Translations under genes and position numbers: made by a program
The notes under the pieces: model-generated
What the model was told of the DNA's origin: nothing
Databases searched by the model: none
What the model saw: the letters and a program-made list of their open reading frames with translations, nothing else
Source of the DNA: Malacoraja senta
Taxonomy: Eukaryota
Direction: 5' to 3'
DNA length: 64,000 bases
Assembly (NCBI GenBank): GCA_038087875.1
Contig: CM075977.1
Span: 123,566,001-123,630,000 of the forward strand
Shown: piece by piece, positions 10,700-22,070 of the stretch
Position numbering within the stretch: position 1 is the stretch's first letter
Layout of the letters: each line of letters begins with the position of its first letter

Positions 10700-13342
10700 T
10701 AATTCCAGAGCATGTATCTGATACATTTTAAATCCCATGAAGCCATATCACTGACAGATTACTAGTGTATGTACAACACTGAACAATTTAACGTAATAGT
10801 AAAAGTATCGGAGCAAATTTTTTTTTCTCAAAACTTCAGATTATCACACATTTTTTCTACTTGCAAATAACCTCCAGTGTAATTGAAGGGCTTTGTTCTT
10901 TACATTCTTCATAATTTTCTTCATTTCATATCACACTCTGAATGCTTGAACTATAGGATCTCAAATATATTTAGATGGAAGATGGAAGAAGGCAGCATAA
11001 ACTAATGATTATTCGGTGCTTCTTGCCAAGTTAATATTGAGTGAGGAAACTGGGAAAATTGAAACACTTTTTATATAGAGTCCACTCTCAGTGAAAGATC
11101 TCCTTGTCACATATAATGGCAGTAGTCTTACAATATTACTAAGTGAAAATGTATTTGTCACTCTCCGATTCTGAATAGGGCACTACCATCGCATCGAAGC
11201 AAACTTGTCAGCTGGCACTGCATTTCAACCTCTGACCCCAGCTCACCAAGGAGTTCTTTCACAGCCACAGCAGTATCAATCGGGGTGGGGGAAATTTCCC
11301 CTGTGCAGCCCACTGCCTTGTTCTCCTTCAATGGTGGCATACAGGCTTGGTCAAGCCTCACAATCCCACAGACTTAATAAACCAACCATTTTTTATGTTG
11401 ATGTGATGGGTCCTCACCCTCGTTTTAAGAACTGCTTTCACATGCATTTAGTTGCCGAGAGCCTTCTATTCTTGCCGTGAATTTGATTAATTTGTGCCAT
11501 TCATGTGTCTATTTTTTCAACATAATGGAAAAGAACTGGCTTTTAGTCAATGTACAAGCAATTTAAATCAGAACCCTTCATACTTTGCAAAGGCATTGCC
11601 AATGGCAGCCGTTACTGACTTGTTCATACTTTTTAGCAACAAAAAGTGGGACTTTTGTCCTGACAATCAAACTGTATCTGTAAGTCTGCAGTTCTGAAAT
11701 TAGATGGAGGCAACACCTGTAATATTCAAACAAGTGGCAGCTACCTTGCGTGCATTCAAATGCAAGTATGTGTTGTATACACACAGGCATACAACACTAA
11801 TATTTTGTCTCTTTATCCATCTGCCTACTCTTTATTTGCAAAACTAATCAGTGCGCCTGCCATTATTTCCTCTCCATCTCGAAAAAAAATCACTTAACTG
11901 TGCCCAGTGTGGTTTAGCAAGATGCGAATGGAGACAAAACATACACATGAGCCTTAAATAGTCTCTAAAGAGGCCGTCAATTGTAGGTTAAGCTCAGCTG
12001 CATATGTAGACTTTTTTCAGAGATGGGTGGATGCATGTTTTTTTTTTTCCTTTGTCAGGGATGTCTTTCAATTCCTTGAAAGAAATGCATTTACCTGATG
12101 TTGAGATTGCTGAAAATAAAAACAGAAATAATCCCCATCTTATGATTTAACAAAAACTTCTAATTCTTTGTCCAATAACCAAGCAAATTTACTTCTGTAA
12201 ATCCTGCAGTACCAGTAGGTTTTGGGGGGGAATTTTCTAATCATTCAGGTTGCTATGCAGCTCACAAGGCAGAGGCTGCTGGCATTTCTTCCTGAGACAA
12301 TCCTATACTCGATGACTATTCTGCATAAGCAGCACTCAGCAGTAAAATAGCCACCGCCAGGCACTTAATTTAGTCTTTAAATCACCCACAATAGCTGGTT
12401 CTGCAACCGGCCTCCAGCACATGTTGTAGTATGTCACATAATTAACTGTGATTAATGCACCATTTTAAATGTCAAACAACAATAATTTCATAAGTGACAC
12501 CATGTTTTAATACATTTAGAAAAGCAGGTGGCTTGCCTCAATGCCTTTACATACCCCGCCTGACGGAACGCAAGAGTGACCTGGCATACACACTGTCAAT
12601 TAGTATGAGGAAGCTGCAATGGCGTCTGGGCAATCATCTCAATCTTTTGTGCTTTCTAATTAAGACACGGAAAAGCATCCACCCACTTTTAGATAATGAC
12701 TAATTATTGATATTATTTCTAGTTTTATTTTTATTTTTTACCCCTAAATTAACAACAGTTAATTAAGAACATGTCATTGATACTCTGTATTGTTGTTTTA
12801 GTTTCAGTAGTATATTATTTATTTAAGCATTTCCTTTTAAATGAATTTTTTGCTCATCATGATAAAGATTATTGGCACAAGTACAGAGAATACTATGTCT
12901 CCCAAGGGTCCTCTCTGGCTCAGTAAAGATGTTTTGAGTAAAGTCATTTTTTGCTTTGTCTTAACAATGCCTCAAATTAAACCTCACTACAGCAGGCCTT
13001 ATTACACCAATGTGACCTTATCCATTTCCCATGCCAACCATTTGCTGACCTTTGAAAGTGAAATTGATATTTAGAATCAAATTAGCAGCATTTTTTGCTA
13101 ATGCCTTATTTTCATTAACAATGCACAAACACAGAAAATACTTCACAACTGACAGTGAGGAGAACTTTCAACACATGGAGACAATTTTAACTCGATTTGC
13201 CCCATGGAAATGGATTAGAGTTATGGTTCATAAACAGAAATCAAACACAGTAATGAAATGCACCTCCTAAAGCCCCACCATCATTCACATGATGAGGTAC
13301 CCGATCTGCGCCCTGAGAAAGATCTCATGGTATCACTGAATT

Positions 13343-13638
13343 TTTAGTTTAGTTTAGAGATACAGCACGGAAATAGGCCCTTCGGCCTGCCGGGTCTGTG
13401 CCGACCAGTGATCCCTGCATATTAACACTATCCTACACACACTAAGGACAATTTTTACATTTACCAAGCCAATTTACCTATATACTTGTACGTCTTTGGA
13501 GTGTAGGAGGAAACCGAAGATCTCGGAGAAAAATTCACACGGTCACGGGGAGAAAGTACAAACTCCGTACAGACAGCACCCGTAGTCGTGGTGCTGCAAG
13601 CGCTGTGAGGCAGCAACTCTACCACTGCGCCACCGTGC
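13343..13638 (-). mobile_element. HE1-like V-SINE
   Basis: Reverse complement of the same family, (CTAAA)n tail. Confidence 0.88.
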
Positions 13639-13791
13639 TGCAGAATGTAGAACAAAGAACTCTTTCGGATATTTATTACTTAACCGCATAATAGTAAAAC
13701 AGATTTTGATGCCTATTATGTAGTATGTCGGGCATGGTGCTCCTCAAATTAATTGCTGCATTTTCCTTGTTAGACAAGTGACTGCACTAAG

Positions 13792-14225
13792 GTCATAAAG
13801 TCATAAGGAATAGGAGTAGATTGAATCATGGCTGATCTATCTCTCCCTCCTAACCCCATTCTCCTACCTTCTCCCCATAACCTCTGACACCTGTACTAAC
13901 CAAGAACCTATCTCTGCCTTAAATATATCCACTGACTTTGCCTCCACAGCCTTCTGTGCCAAAGAATACCACAGATCCACCACCCTCTGACGAAAGAAAC
14001 TCCTCCTCATCTCCTTCCTAAAAGAACATCCTTTAATTCTGAGGCTATGACCTCTAGTCCTAGACTCTCCCACCAGTGTAAACATCATCTCAACATCCAC
14101 TCTATCCAAGCCATTCACTGCTCTGTATGTTTCAATGAGGTCCCCCATCATTCTTCTAAACTGCAGCGAGTACAGGCCCAGTGCCGACAAACGCTCATCA
14201 AAGTTTAACCTACTCATTCCTGGAA
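13792..14225 (-). mobile_element. CR1-clade LINE 3' fragment
   Basis: ORF 13864-14217 LNFDERLSALGLYSLQFRRMMGDLIETY...SRTRGHSLRIKG...FFRQRVVDLW is a CR1 ORF2 C-terminus; (TTATGAC) tail. Confidence 0.9.
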
Positions 14226-14598
14226 TTAACTCATTTTATCTTGCAGGCTGCCACTGTTGCCTTTGCTAGATGTAGTGAAGTATTCCCACTCAGTGAAATC
14301 AGGTAGAAATTTCCAGGCTTTTGGATAACGCGGTATGTCATTAATACTCGGCTGGCTACTGAACCATCCTGTGCATGCGAACTGTGCCCTCCTTGAGACT
14401 GCCGAGTTGCCTTGGGCAGTCACCAATCGTAACCTTATTACATTGAGCAAACTAGAAATCTCCAGCACGCAGGCACCCCCACATTATGGAGAGATTGTCT
14501 TGTTCCCAGGTAAAAACATCCGTATTACGCTTCTCTGTAACACAAACCCTGTTTTATCCGATTGAATCCTGTGTTACGTGGAGATGTGCTCCTACATG

Positions 14599-14697
14599 AA
14601 GATAGACACGAAAAGCTGGAGTAACTCAGCGGGACAGGAAGAATCTCTGGAGAGAAGAAATGGGTGAGGTTTCGGGTCGAGACCCTTCTTCAGGCTG
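14599..14697 (-). mobile_element. Mini-PLE, tail-less
   Basis: Same family; minus strand reads CTGAAGAAGGGTCTCGACCCGAAACCTCACC. Confidence 0.88.
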
Positions 14698-14949
14698 AAA
14701 GTCAACATGATTTTTTTCTACATTATCAAGCTATTTCATTGGCAATGACAAAGTGACTCAATGCTGTCATTTAACAGTCGAGGCTCGCATTAGACCAAGG
14801 GAATGGGCAATGCGTGAGCAAAAGAAACAACACATTTTAATCAATTTTTAATCACTCAGTATTAAGGAAATAAATTTGGATCTGATGTCACCGCATTGAT
14901 TGAGTTAACAGTAATAGCCCAGTCATTCTTTTTAGTTACTTTTTACTTA

Positions 14950-15137
14950 TAGAGATACAGCGTGGAAACAGGCCCTTCGGCCCACCCAATCCACATGGAC
15001 TAGCGATCACCCCCTTACACTAACACTATCTTACACACTAGGGACAGGTTACAATTTTTACTAATGCCAATTAACTTACAAACCTTTGAAGTATTTGGAG
15101 AGTGGGGGGGAAATCAGAGCACCCGGAGAAAACACAG
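14950..15137 (-). mobile_element. HE1-like V-SINE, 5'-truncated
   Basis: AGAGATACAGCGTGGAAACAGGCCCTTCGGCCCA...GAGCACCCGGAGAAAA. Confidence 0.82.
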
Positions 15138-15242
15138 CTATATATCCTAAGCTACCTAATATTGTATTGGCCCACAGACAATGAGCTGCAGTGAGATGCC
15201 TGCTCAAAACAGGTAGCTCTGCAGGACCATTTTAATGAGACA

Positions 15243-16494
15243 CTAGACTAAGTGGGACACGTTGGGTCCCTGTCACACAATATTCCACCACTCACCCATA
15301 GCCCCCAACTGCACAGGCGCTGCTCATTTCCCCTCATCCCGAGCACTCTCTCCCCCTGCTCTTCTCTTCACTCTCCCTCTTTCCCCTCTCCTCCTCCACT
15401 CCCCCAATCCTTCCCTCACCTCTCTCTCCCTCTCCTTTCCCTTACCCTGTCACTCCCTCCCTCCATAACTCCTCTCCCCTCCCTACCCCCCGCCTATCCC
15501 CCACTCACCTCCCTCTATCCACCCCACTATCCCTCCTCACCTCCCCCACTGCCCTCCTCTCTCTGTATTCCCTACTCCCTACCTTCCCCATTCCCCCCTC
15601 CTCTACTCCCCCTTCCTCTCCCTCTATTCCCACTCCTCCCCCACTCTCACTCCTCTTTTCCCTCTCTTCCTACTCTTCCCCAATCCCTACCTCACCTCTC
15701 CTTTCCTTTCCCCTACCCTCAGTCACTCCCTCCATAACTCCTCTCCCGTCCTCTCCCTCTATCCCCTCTCCTCCCCCACACTCCCTCCTCACCTCCCCAG
15801 GATCTTGAGGTTGCTGTTCTTCTCCCTTCTTGCGTGCCCCAGAGGAGCATCAGCCATCGGTGTGAATCCTCGGCTCGGCCCGGAAGCACCAGCAGCCACG
15901 GCCACGCCGACGTGTGGGTGGGGGAGTGGGTTGGAGAGCTCGGAGAAAAGGCGGGGGAAGATCCATGGGGGAGAGGGGGTATCACGGGGGATGGGGCAAT
16001 AGCCAGCGAGGGGAAGGGGCTGGAGCTGTTGGGCATTGCGATGGCGGTGCGTTTGGGACTCTATCCTCCGCTGGGATCAGACTCTCCGCTTTCCGTTTGG
16101 CGACATCTCCGACTCCGCGCCGGGCCGCTTCCGGACCCTCCGAAAATTGTGTCCGGTTGGAGACCTCCGCCGGCCACCCACTGCGTCCCTCAGCTCCAGT
16201 AAAGACACGATGGTGCAGGAAGGGGTGGACCGTCCTGGGGAGTGACAGAACAGACCACTCCGCGCGGCGCTGACTGGCATGATCGATCTGCGCTCGCGCG
16301 GTTTTTAAGATTTTTAAACCTCACTAACTTTTACAATATACTACCGATCGGAACGAAACTTGTTGCACTCGCAGCACAAGAGAACGACGAGTGAGCTGCC
16401 AAAAAAAACGTAGCACTATCACATACCGTTTTTGCGCTAATAGAAAAATCGGGCAAACCGGAAGAGCACAAGATCAGTTTTAGTTATGTATAGA
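15243..16494 (-). mobile_element. Non-autonomous Helitron
   Basis: Minus strand starts TCTATACATAACTAAAA (16494), ends with GGGAC-N7-GTCCC hairpin (15254-15270) then CTAG (15243-15246); sits between host A (16495) and T (15242); no TSD. Confidence 0.88.
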
Positions 16495-16659
16495 TGGACC
16501 GCACTGTAGGCAGTGTTTCCCACCAAGACAAGGTGCTCCATCAGTCAGCTAGTGACCTGAGAATTAAAATCTTCCCTCATGAGTCTGGGATGACTTTAAA
16601 TCCAGATTCCAAAAGTGAAAAGCTCTTGTCCAAACACATGGCCAAGCAGTCTCCATTGG

Positions 16660-16868
16660 AGGACACAACATGCTGGAGTAACTCAGTGGGTCAGCAGACT
16701 GAAGGAGTGTTCCAACCTGAAACGTCAGTCAGAAGAATGATCCCAACTGGAAATAGTGGTCTAGAGAAGGGTCCCGACCCAAAACATCACCTATCCCAGT
16801 TCTACGGTGATACTGCCCCACTCACTGGATTACTCCAGCACTTTGTGTCCTTCTTTGTAAGTTCCTTA
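16660..16868. mobile_element. Inverted mini-PLE with tandem decayed hammerhead units; tail split by a Harbinger MITE
   Basis: GGACACAACATGCTGGAGTAACTCAG on the left, TACTCCAGCACTTTGTGTCC on the right; tail GTTCC-TTA continues as TTTCTAC at 17519-17525. Confidence 0.75.
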
Positions 16869-17515
16869 AGTGCCTGCCCCACTGCGGGGACCTAATTTGC
16901 GAGTGTAGAAGAGTTTAGGAGAGTATGAAAAAGTGTCATGGTCGTGTTGTATCGCCGAAGTAGAATACCTCCTTCAACCTTCCTCGACTATGTAGAGAAC
17001 CTCCTACGAATATGTTGAACACCTCCTTCGACTATGTAGAAGACCTCCTTCGATCTCCTTCGACTATGTTGAAGACTAGCTTCGACTAGCTTCGGGAAAA
17101 TTGGACACCGAATAGTGTAGAGTGAAGACGACCTCCTTCGATCTCCTTCGACCTCTTTCGACTATGTTGAAGACTATCTACGACTATCTACGACTACCTT
17201 CAACTACCTTCGACTACCCTCAATTCCCTTTGATTACTTACGAATAACATGCCGACCTACTTCAACTAAACCTACGAGTAAAAAAAATATTGATTTTTTT
17301 CCATGGCGACATTTTTTTACTTGCGGGCATTTTTCAGCATGCTAAACAAAACGTCGCAACCTAACTGAGGCCTCGAGTACGCGGGGACTACTCTCAAGCA
17401 TGAAGGAGAGTTACAAAGACCCTCCTAGGACCTCATGTTGACCATGCTGCGAGTACGAGTCGAGGGCAAACTCTTCTAAACTCGCCAATTAGGTCCCCGC
17501 AGTGGGACAGGCCCT
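16869..17515. mobile_element. PIF/Harbinger-type MITE
   Basis: TTA at 16866-16868 and 17516-17518; ~48-bp imperfect TIRs AG(T/G)GCCTG(C/T)CCCACTGCGGGGACCTAATT...AGAAGAGTTT; interior of degenerate CCTTCGACTA repeats. Confidence 0.88.
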
Positions 17516-17796
17516 TTATTTCTACTCTAGGCTTTTGCTCAAGTTTGCATCCCAAATTATGTTATGTTATGTTAAAGTGTTCATAGTGTTTGTCATCATA
17601 AGGTTCAGAATGAGTGTTTGGTCCTTGTACAGTCTGTCAGTATCATGCGAAGACAACTGATTTTACGTCTTATATCAAGAATTGGTATTGAAGATGCTAA
17701 ACTATAATCCTTCCATAATTTACCACCGACTACCCGAATCATCTATACACACCTCCAGCTATTTGTATCTAGGGTTCCTGAAATTTTGTGCAGTTA

Positions 17797-18379
17797 AAGG
17801 CCTGTCTCACGGGTATGAGGTATGAGATTAATATTCAAACCACAGAGTGAAATGCAAACAGCCGGGACCGCCGGCACACCGCCGGGACCGTGCGGTGTTG
17901 GTCCCAACATTCAAAAATGTTGTCCTACCGCACAGCCGCCGCCAGTGCAGCACGAGCACCGCCACAGCCGCCGCCAGTGCGCCGTGAACGCCGTGAGCAC
18001 CACTAGCACCGCCACAGCTGCCGCCAGTGCCCCGTGATCACCACTAGCACCGCCACAGCGCCGCGAGCCGAATTGACGTCATCGCGTAGCGCGTTGCGTT
18101 GCGCAATGTCGTCATCACCCGACGCCGCGCTCGTGGGACAGGCCGTGCGGTGATCACCCGGCATACGCGCGGCAACAGCTTCCGGTAAGGTTTAATTTTT
18201 TTTTTACTTACCGCAAGCTGGTGGGACCGGCCTTACGGAGATCACTCGGCACCCGCGCGGCATCCGTGCAGCGCTCCAGCGACATTCGCGCGGCGCTCTC
18301 GCGAGAGCGCCGCGCGGTCCCCGCTTCTGCCAACGCCGCGCTTCACCGCCAGTAACCGCCTGACCGTGGAACAGGGCCA
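17797..18379. mobile_element. PIF/Harbinger-type MITE, GC/CpG-rich
   Basis: TTA at 17794-17796 and 18380-18382; degenerate TIRs AAGGCCTGTCTCACGG / TGGCCCTGTTCCACGG; internal GCACCGCCACAGC repeats and TGACGTCA at 18074-18081. Confidence 0.75.
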
Positions 18380-19077
18380 TTATGCGGCTGAATAGTAGTG
18401 CATGAATTTGTTAGAAGCAGGTACAAATCCATTTTACAAAGGGCATCATTCATATTACTGCAAACAGTGGAGTGTGTATGATAAAATCTGTAGCACGTAT
18501 TCTATCTTAACCGTCTAAGCCTCAGGTTATGCTGATTACATTTTTTCAAAGCCACCGTATGGCCATTCTCCAAATCACCGAGCAATATTTCTTCCTGAGA
18601 AATGACCTAGGTTCAAGGTAGGTGCTGTTTGCATTTCACTCTGTGGTTTGAATATTAATGTTGAACTCATGCTGTTAAATATTTGCTGCCTAAATACGCT
18701 GCTGAAATTTGTCGTAATGCCATTGGCCTCTGGTACGAATAGCAGGAGGCTTTCAAGATGGAAATAACTGAAAACAGGATGATTTAAATATATCTGCCTG
18801 TAAGCCTAAATGACAACTGTCGCATTTCACAGTGGGACAGCCATGGAATACAAAGGATGGCATTTATCATGATGTCAAGAGTGTTAATAAAAACCAAAAG
18901 TGTCAGCGTACCAGGACAATTGCCCACTGAGGATCGATAGAGAGGTGAAATCCACCTTGGGATCATTTCTGATGGTACCTGTGTTCCCTCAACCAGTGTG
19001 TTAAAGTCTTTTCGATAGCAACATAACATGGAGATTAGAGTTGCAAATGCCTCAATACACACCCTGTTCAATAAAAT

Positions 19078-19186
19078 TGTGTAGGAAAGAAAAAAGAAGG
19101 GTCTCGATCCGAAACATCACCCTTACCTTCTCTCCAGAGATGCTGCCTGTCCAGCTGAGTTACTCCAGCATTTTGTGTCTATCTTC
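19078..19186 (+). mobile_element. Mini-PLE with short inverted tail fragment
   Basis: GTGTAGGAAAGAA (inverted tail) followed by GAAGGGTCTCGATCCGAAACATCACC...GTGTCTATCTTC; imperfect 15-bp TSD (13/15) at 19067-19081 and 19184-19198. Confidence 0.82.
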
Positions 19187-21024
19187 AAGAAGATTGTGGC
19201 TGACAGACTGCCACAGCACACTTGAACTTTTAGAGGGGACCCTCCTAGTCTCTAAAACAGTCTCAGGCTGGTTTAGCCTCCAATCTACTCACCAGAGAGA
19301 GGAATTACTGGAGAAGAAATTCAGCTGGGATCAATTCTCACTTGGAAATTCTATTTTAATAAGCAAACTTACCATTTACAAATGGGGTCCATTTATTTCC
19401 TAGCTATCAATTACATATTACAATATACACACCTTTGATTTTTTTATAAACCAAATCCTACTTCATCAGACTGTGTGAAGTATAGCAGAGTGATCAGGTT
19501 CTCGTTGGGCTGACCCTATAATGTCCAATAGCTCACTTAAGAAAAATAATTCAACATTTGCATTTTCCTTCCCACATCCTGACTCCCACCAAATTAATGC
19601 TAACAGTAATTTCTATTCAAACTTTGCACAGTAGAACTTTCACTGGCCATTCAGAACTCATTTTGTAATCTCACAGAGAGCACCTAATCTAGTCTGCATT
19701 GAAAACTCTCATCACATAATGACATTTCACTAAAAACAGATCCAAGAATTAATCGGGATACTCTACACACACCTTGAAGTCCTTAATGAAAGGAAGTTGT
19801 TAAACAACAAAGTCCTCAAACGTGTTGAATCTCAGGGCTGCTGGGATTGATGCCAATCTGATGGCCATACTTTTTTTCCAGCAGTTCTACCTAATTATAG
19901 GATGCTGTCCTGACAAAAGAGCATTTGCTTGATATACTTCATGAATGCAATGCTCCTTAAGCGAAGCAAACAAAATTGGAACATTCCAGGTATTTTCTGA
20001 ATCATTTTATATTTACTGATAAACAAACCTTTAATGTTACTGAATAATATACACAATAAATTGTGGCAATCGTTGGGTCAAATGGTGCTGCATCCAACTT
20101 CAAAGATCAGAAAAGTACTGGACCTACAAAATCTGCTGTTCCCTGAAATGTACACTAGACGGCCATAATAGTGACCTGCCAATGAGTGCTTTGGCCATGG
20201 GCCCGCCACAGAATACTTTAATAGTGCCCAAGACCATGTAACTCTTCTGTAAAATGCTGCCTGAGGTGGAGGCTGGGATGGATGAGAGAGTCAGTGATCA
20301 TTAGTCTGGGGTCAGGTGCATGAGAAGGGTCAGTGGTGACAGGATCAGGGTTAGGAGGTATGTGGTCAGGAGTGGCAATCAAACAAGGGATCAGTGGACC
20401 AGTGGAAGGTAGTTGATGTTGGGAAATTAGGGTAGAGTAGTGGTCTTGGGATAATTGTGGATTTAGGGCAGTGGGTTCATTGGGGCCTACGGGTGTCAGG
20501 TGTCATTGTGTGGTCCCAGTCAGGTGTTGCACTGAGATGGGCGAAGGGTCTGATGATTCCTCCTGGAAGAACATGATCTAATCTCCAGCACATGATCCCT
20601 AATAGAGCTTTGCATGGGGAATGATGCAAGTAGCTGCACATTTGACATTAAAATATTAGCAAATGGGAAGTGGTTGGTTGCATTGCTAGAATGATGCACA
20701 GCAACCTGGAAATGTTTGTTTCACATTTCACTCCATGGCAAGTCCATTTCTACCACTTGGTACTGAAACTAACAGTGTCACATGATCTGATGTCTAGACA
20801 GTTCTCCAATCACTGCCAAATGCAGAATACATGTAAGGGCTTCAGTTGTGCTGGCAAAAGAGTTAAAAATGATCTAATACAAGTAAGGACTTTAATCGTT
20901 GGACTTTCAGTTGGTCTCCTTCCCCAGAGGGTGCGGACGATATCTCTGGCTGGGATGTCCTGTTCCAAAGTGCCCCTTCCCTGCTCCGACTGGCACTGGG
21001 CTGTGGAGAACATGTAGGTTCTGT

Positions 21025-21240
21025 TCAATTCATTCATTCATTATCGTTGAAAACATTAGCGACGCAGTGGTGCTGGTTTCCGACGGGCACGGTGACAAAC
21101 GCACCACACATCTCTGTCCTCCATGCAGCTGGCAAGCTCCTCTGTCTCTACACATGCGTCTTCAGCATCGTCTTGATTGGCCGTCCCGGGTCACGTCATC
21201 CATGGGTGAGTTGGAATGGGTGGATTAGCATTCTGTTCGA
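21025..21240 (-). mobile_element. RTE-X-like LINE 3' end
   Basis: Minus strand encodes THG*RDPGRPIKT and EELASCMEDRDVW, followed by an (ATGA)n tail. Confidence 0.65.
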
Positions 21241-21334
21241 TGCTAAGGTCCTACTGTTGGATTTACCCTCAACTGGTGCTACCTGGCCAAATGACAGACT
21301 GATCTCTGGCTTCCCACTGAGCAAGGGACACAAT

Positions 21335-21605
21335 GGACTTTAAAAAATACATTTGGATGGTGCGCGGAGAGAAAAGGTTTAGAGGAAGATGAACCAAATC
21401 CAGCTCAGGAAGGCACCTTAGTAGGTATGGACGATATGCTGAAGGGCCTGTTTCCATGTTGTATGACTATGGGTGAAGTACACATAAACAAGTAGGAAAT
21501 GGAGAGATATGGATCACATGCAGACAAATGGGATTGGTTTAGATTGACATCATGGTTGCTGCAGACATTGTGGGCCAAAAGACCTGTTCCTATGCTGTAC
21601 CTCTC
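21335..21605 (+). mobile_element. Two adjacent CR1 3' UTR fragments
   Basis: GAAGGGCCTGTTTCCATGTTGTATGACT and GGGCCAAAAGACCTGTTCCTATGCTGTAC ends. Confidence 0.7.
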
Positions 21606-21989
21606 CATTAAATCCCATTCAGTTTGTATGAGTGAAACAGCTAAAATGTGACAAGTGTTCTAGACACAAAATATTGATCTAAAGACAGTGATAGTGAGCT
21701 GGCGACAAAAGTGAAAATGTTTCAGTATCCTCTTCATTAACCCATATAACGTGGGCAAACTGCACACTAAGCAAATACAACAGCATCACCAAGCAGAGAA
21801 ATTTATGCAAAAAACTAAATCCAGCGAATAGTTTTTTTTCTCCTCCTTTTGCTTCTATTATCCATTCAATGGATAAACAATGACGTTTATGATATTGTCC
21901 AGGAATTTGTCCAACTTCCTTGCTATTGCTGCAAGTCTTGATAGACTATCACAGTCATGGGACAATAACCACGTCTCCCAATACATTCA

Positions 21990-22070
21990 GAAGATAGACA
22001 CAAAAAGCTGCAGTAACTCAACGGGACAGGCAGAATCTCTGGAGAGAAGGAATGGGTGACGTTTCGGGTC
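21990..22070 (-). mobile_element. Mini-PLE, tail-less, truncated inside hammerhead stem II
   Basis: AAGATAGACACAAAAAGCTG...GGGTGACGTTTCGGGTC. Confidence 0.85.

Noticed and set aside
15252-15737. 161-aa Pro/Ser/Leu-rich ORF
   Set aside because: Translation artefact of the stop-free polypyrimidine tract in the Helitron.
16965-17275. CRISPR-like array
   Set aside because: Degenerate tandem units without unique spacers, inside a eukaryotic MITE; no cas genes.
21047-21211. Possible plus-strand exon ending at G|GTGAGT
   Set aside because: Better explained as the antisense of an RTE-X-like 3' end.
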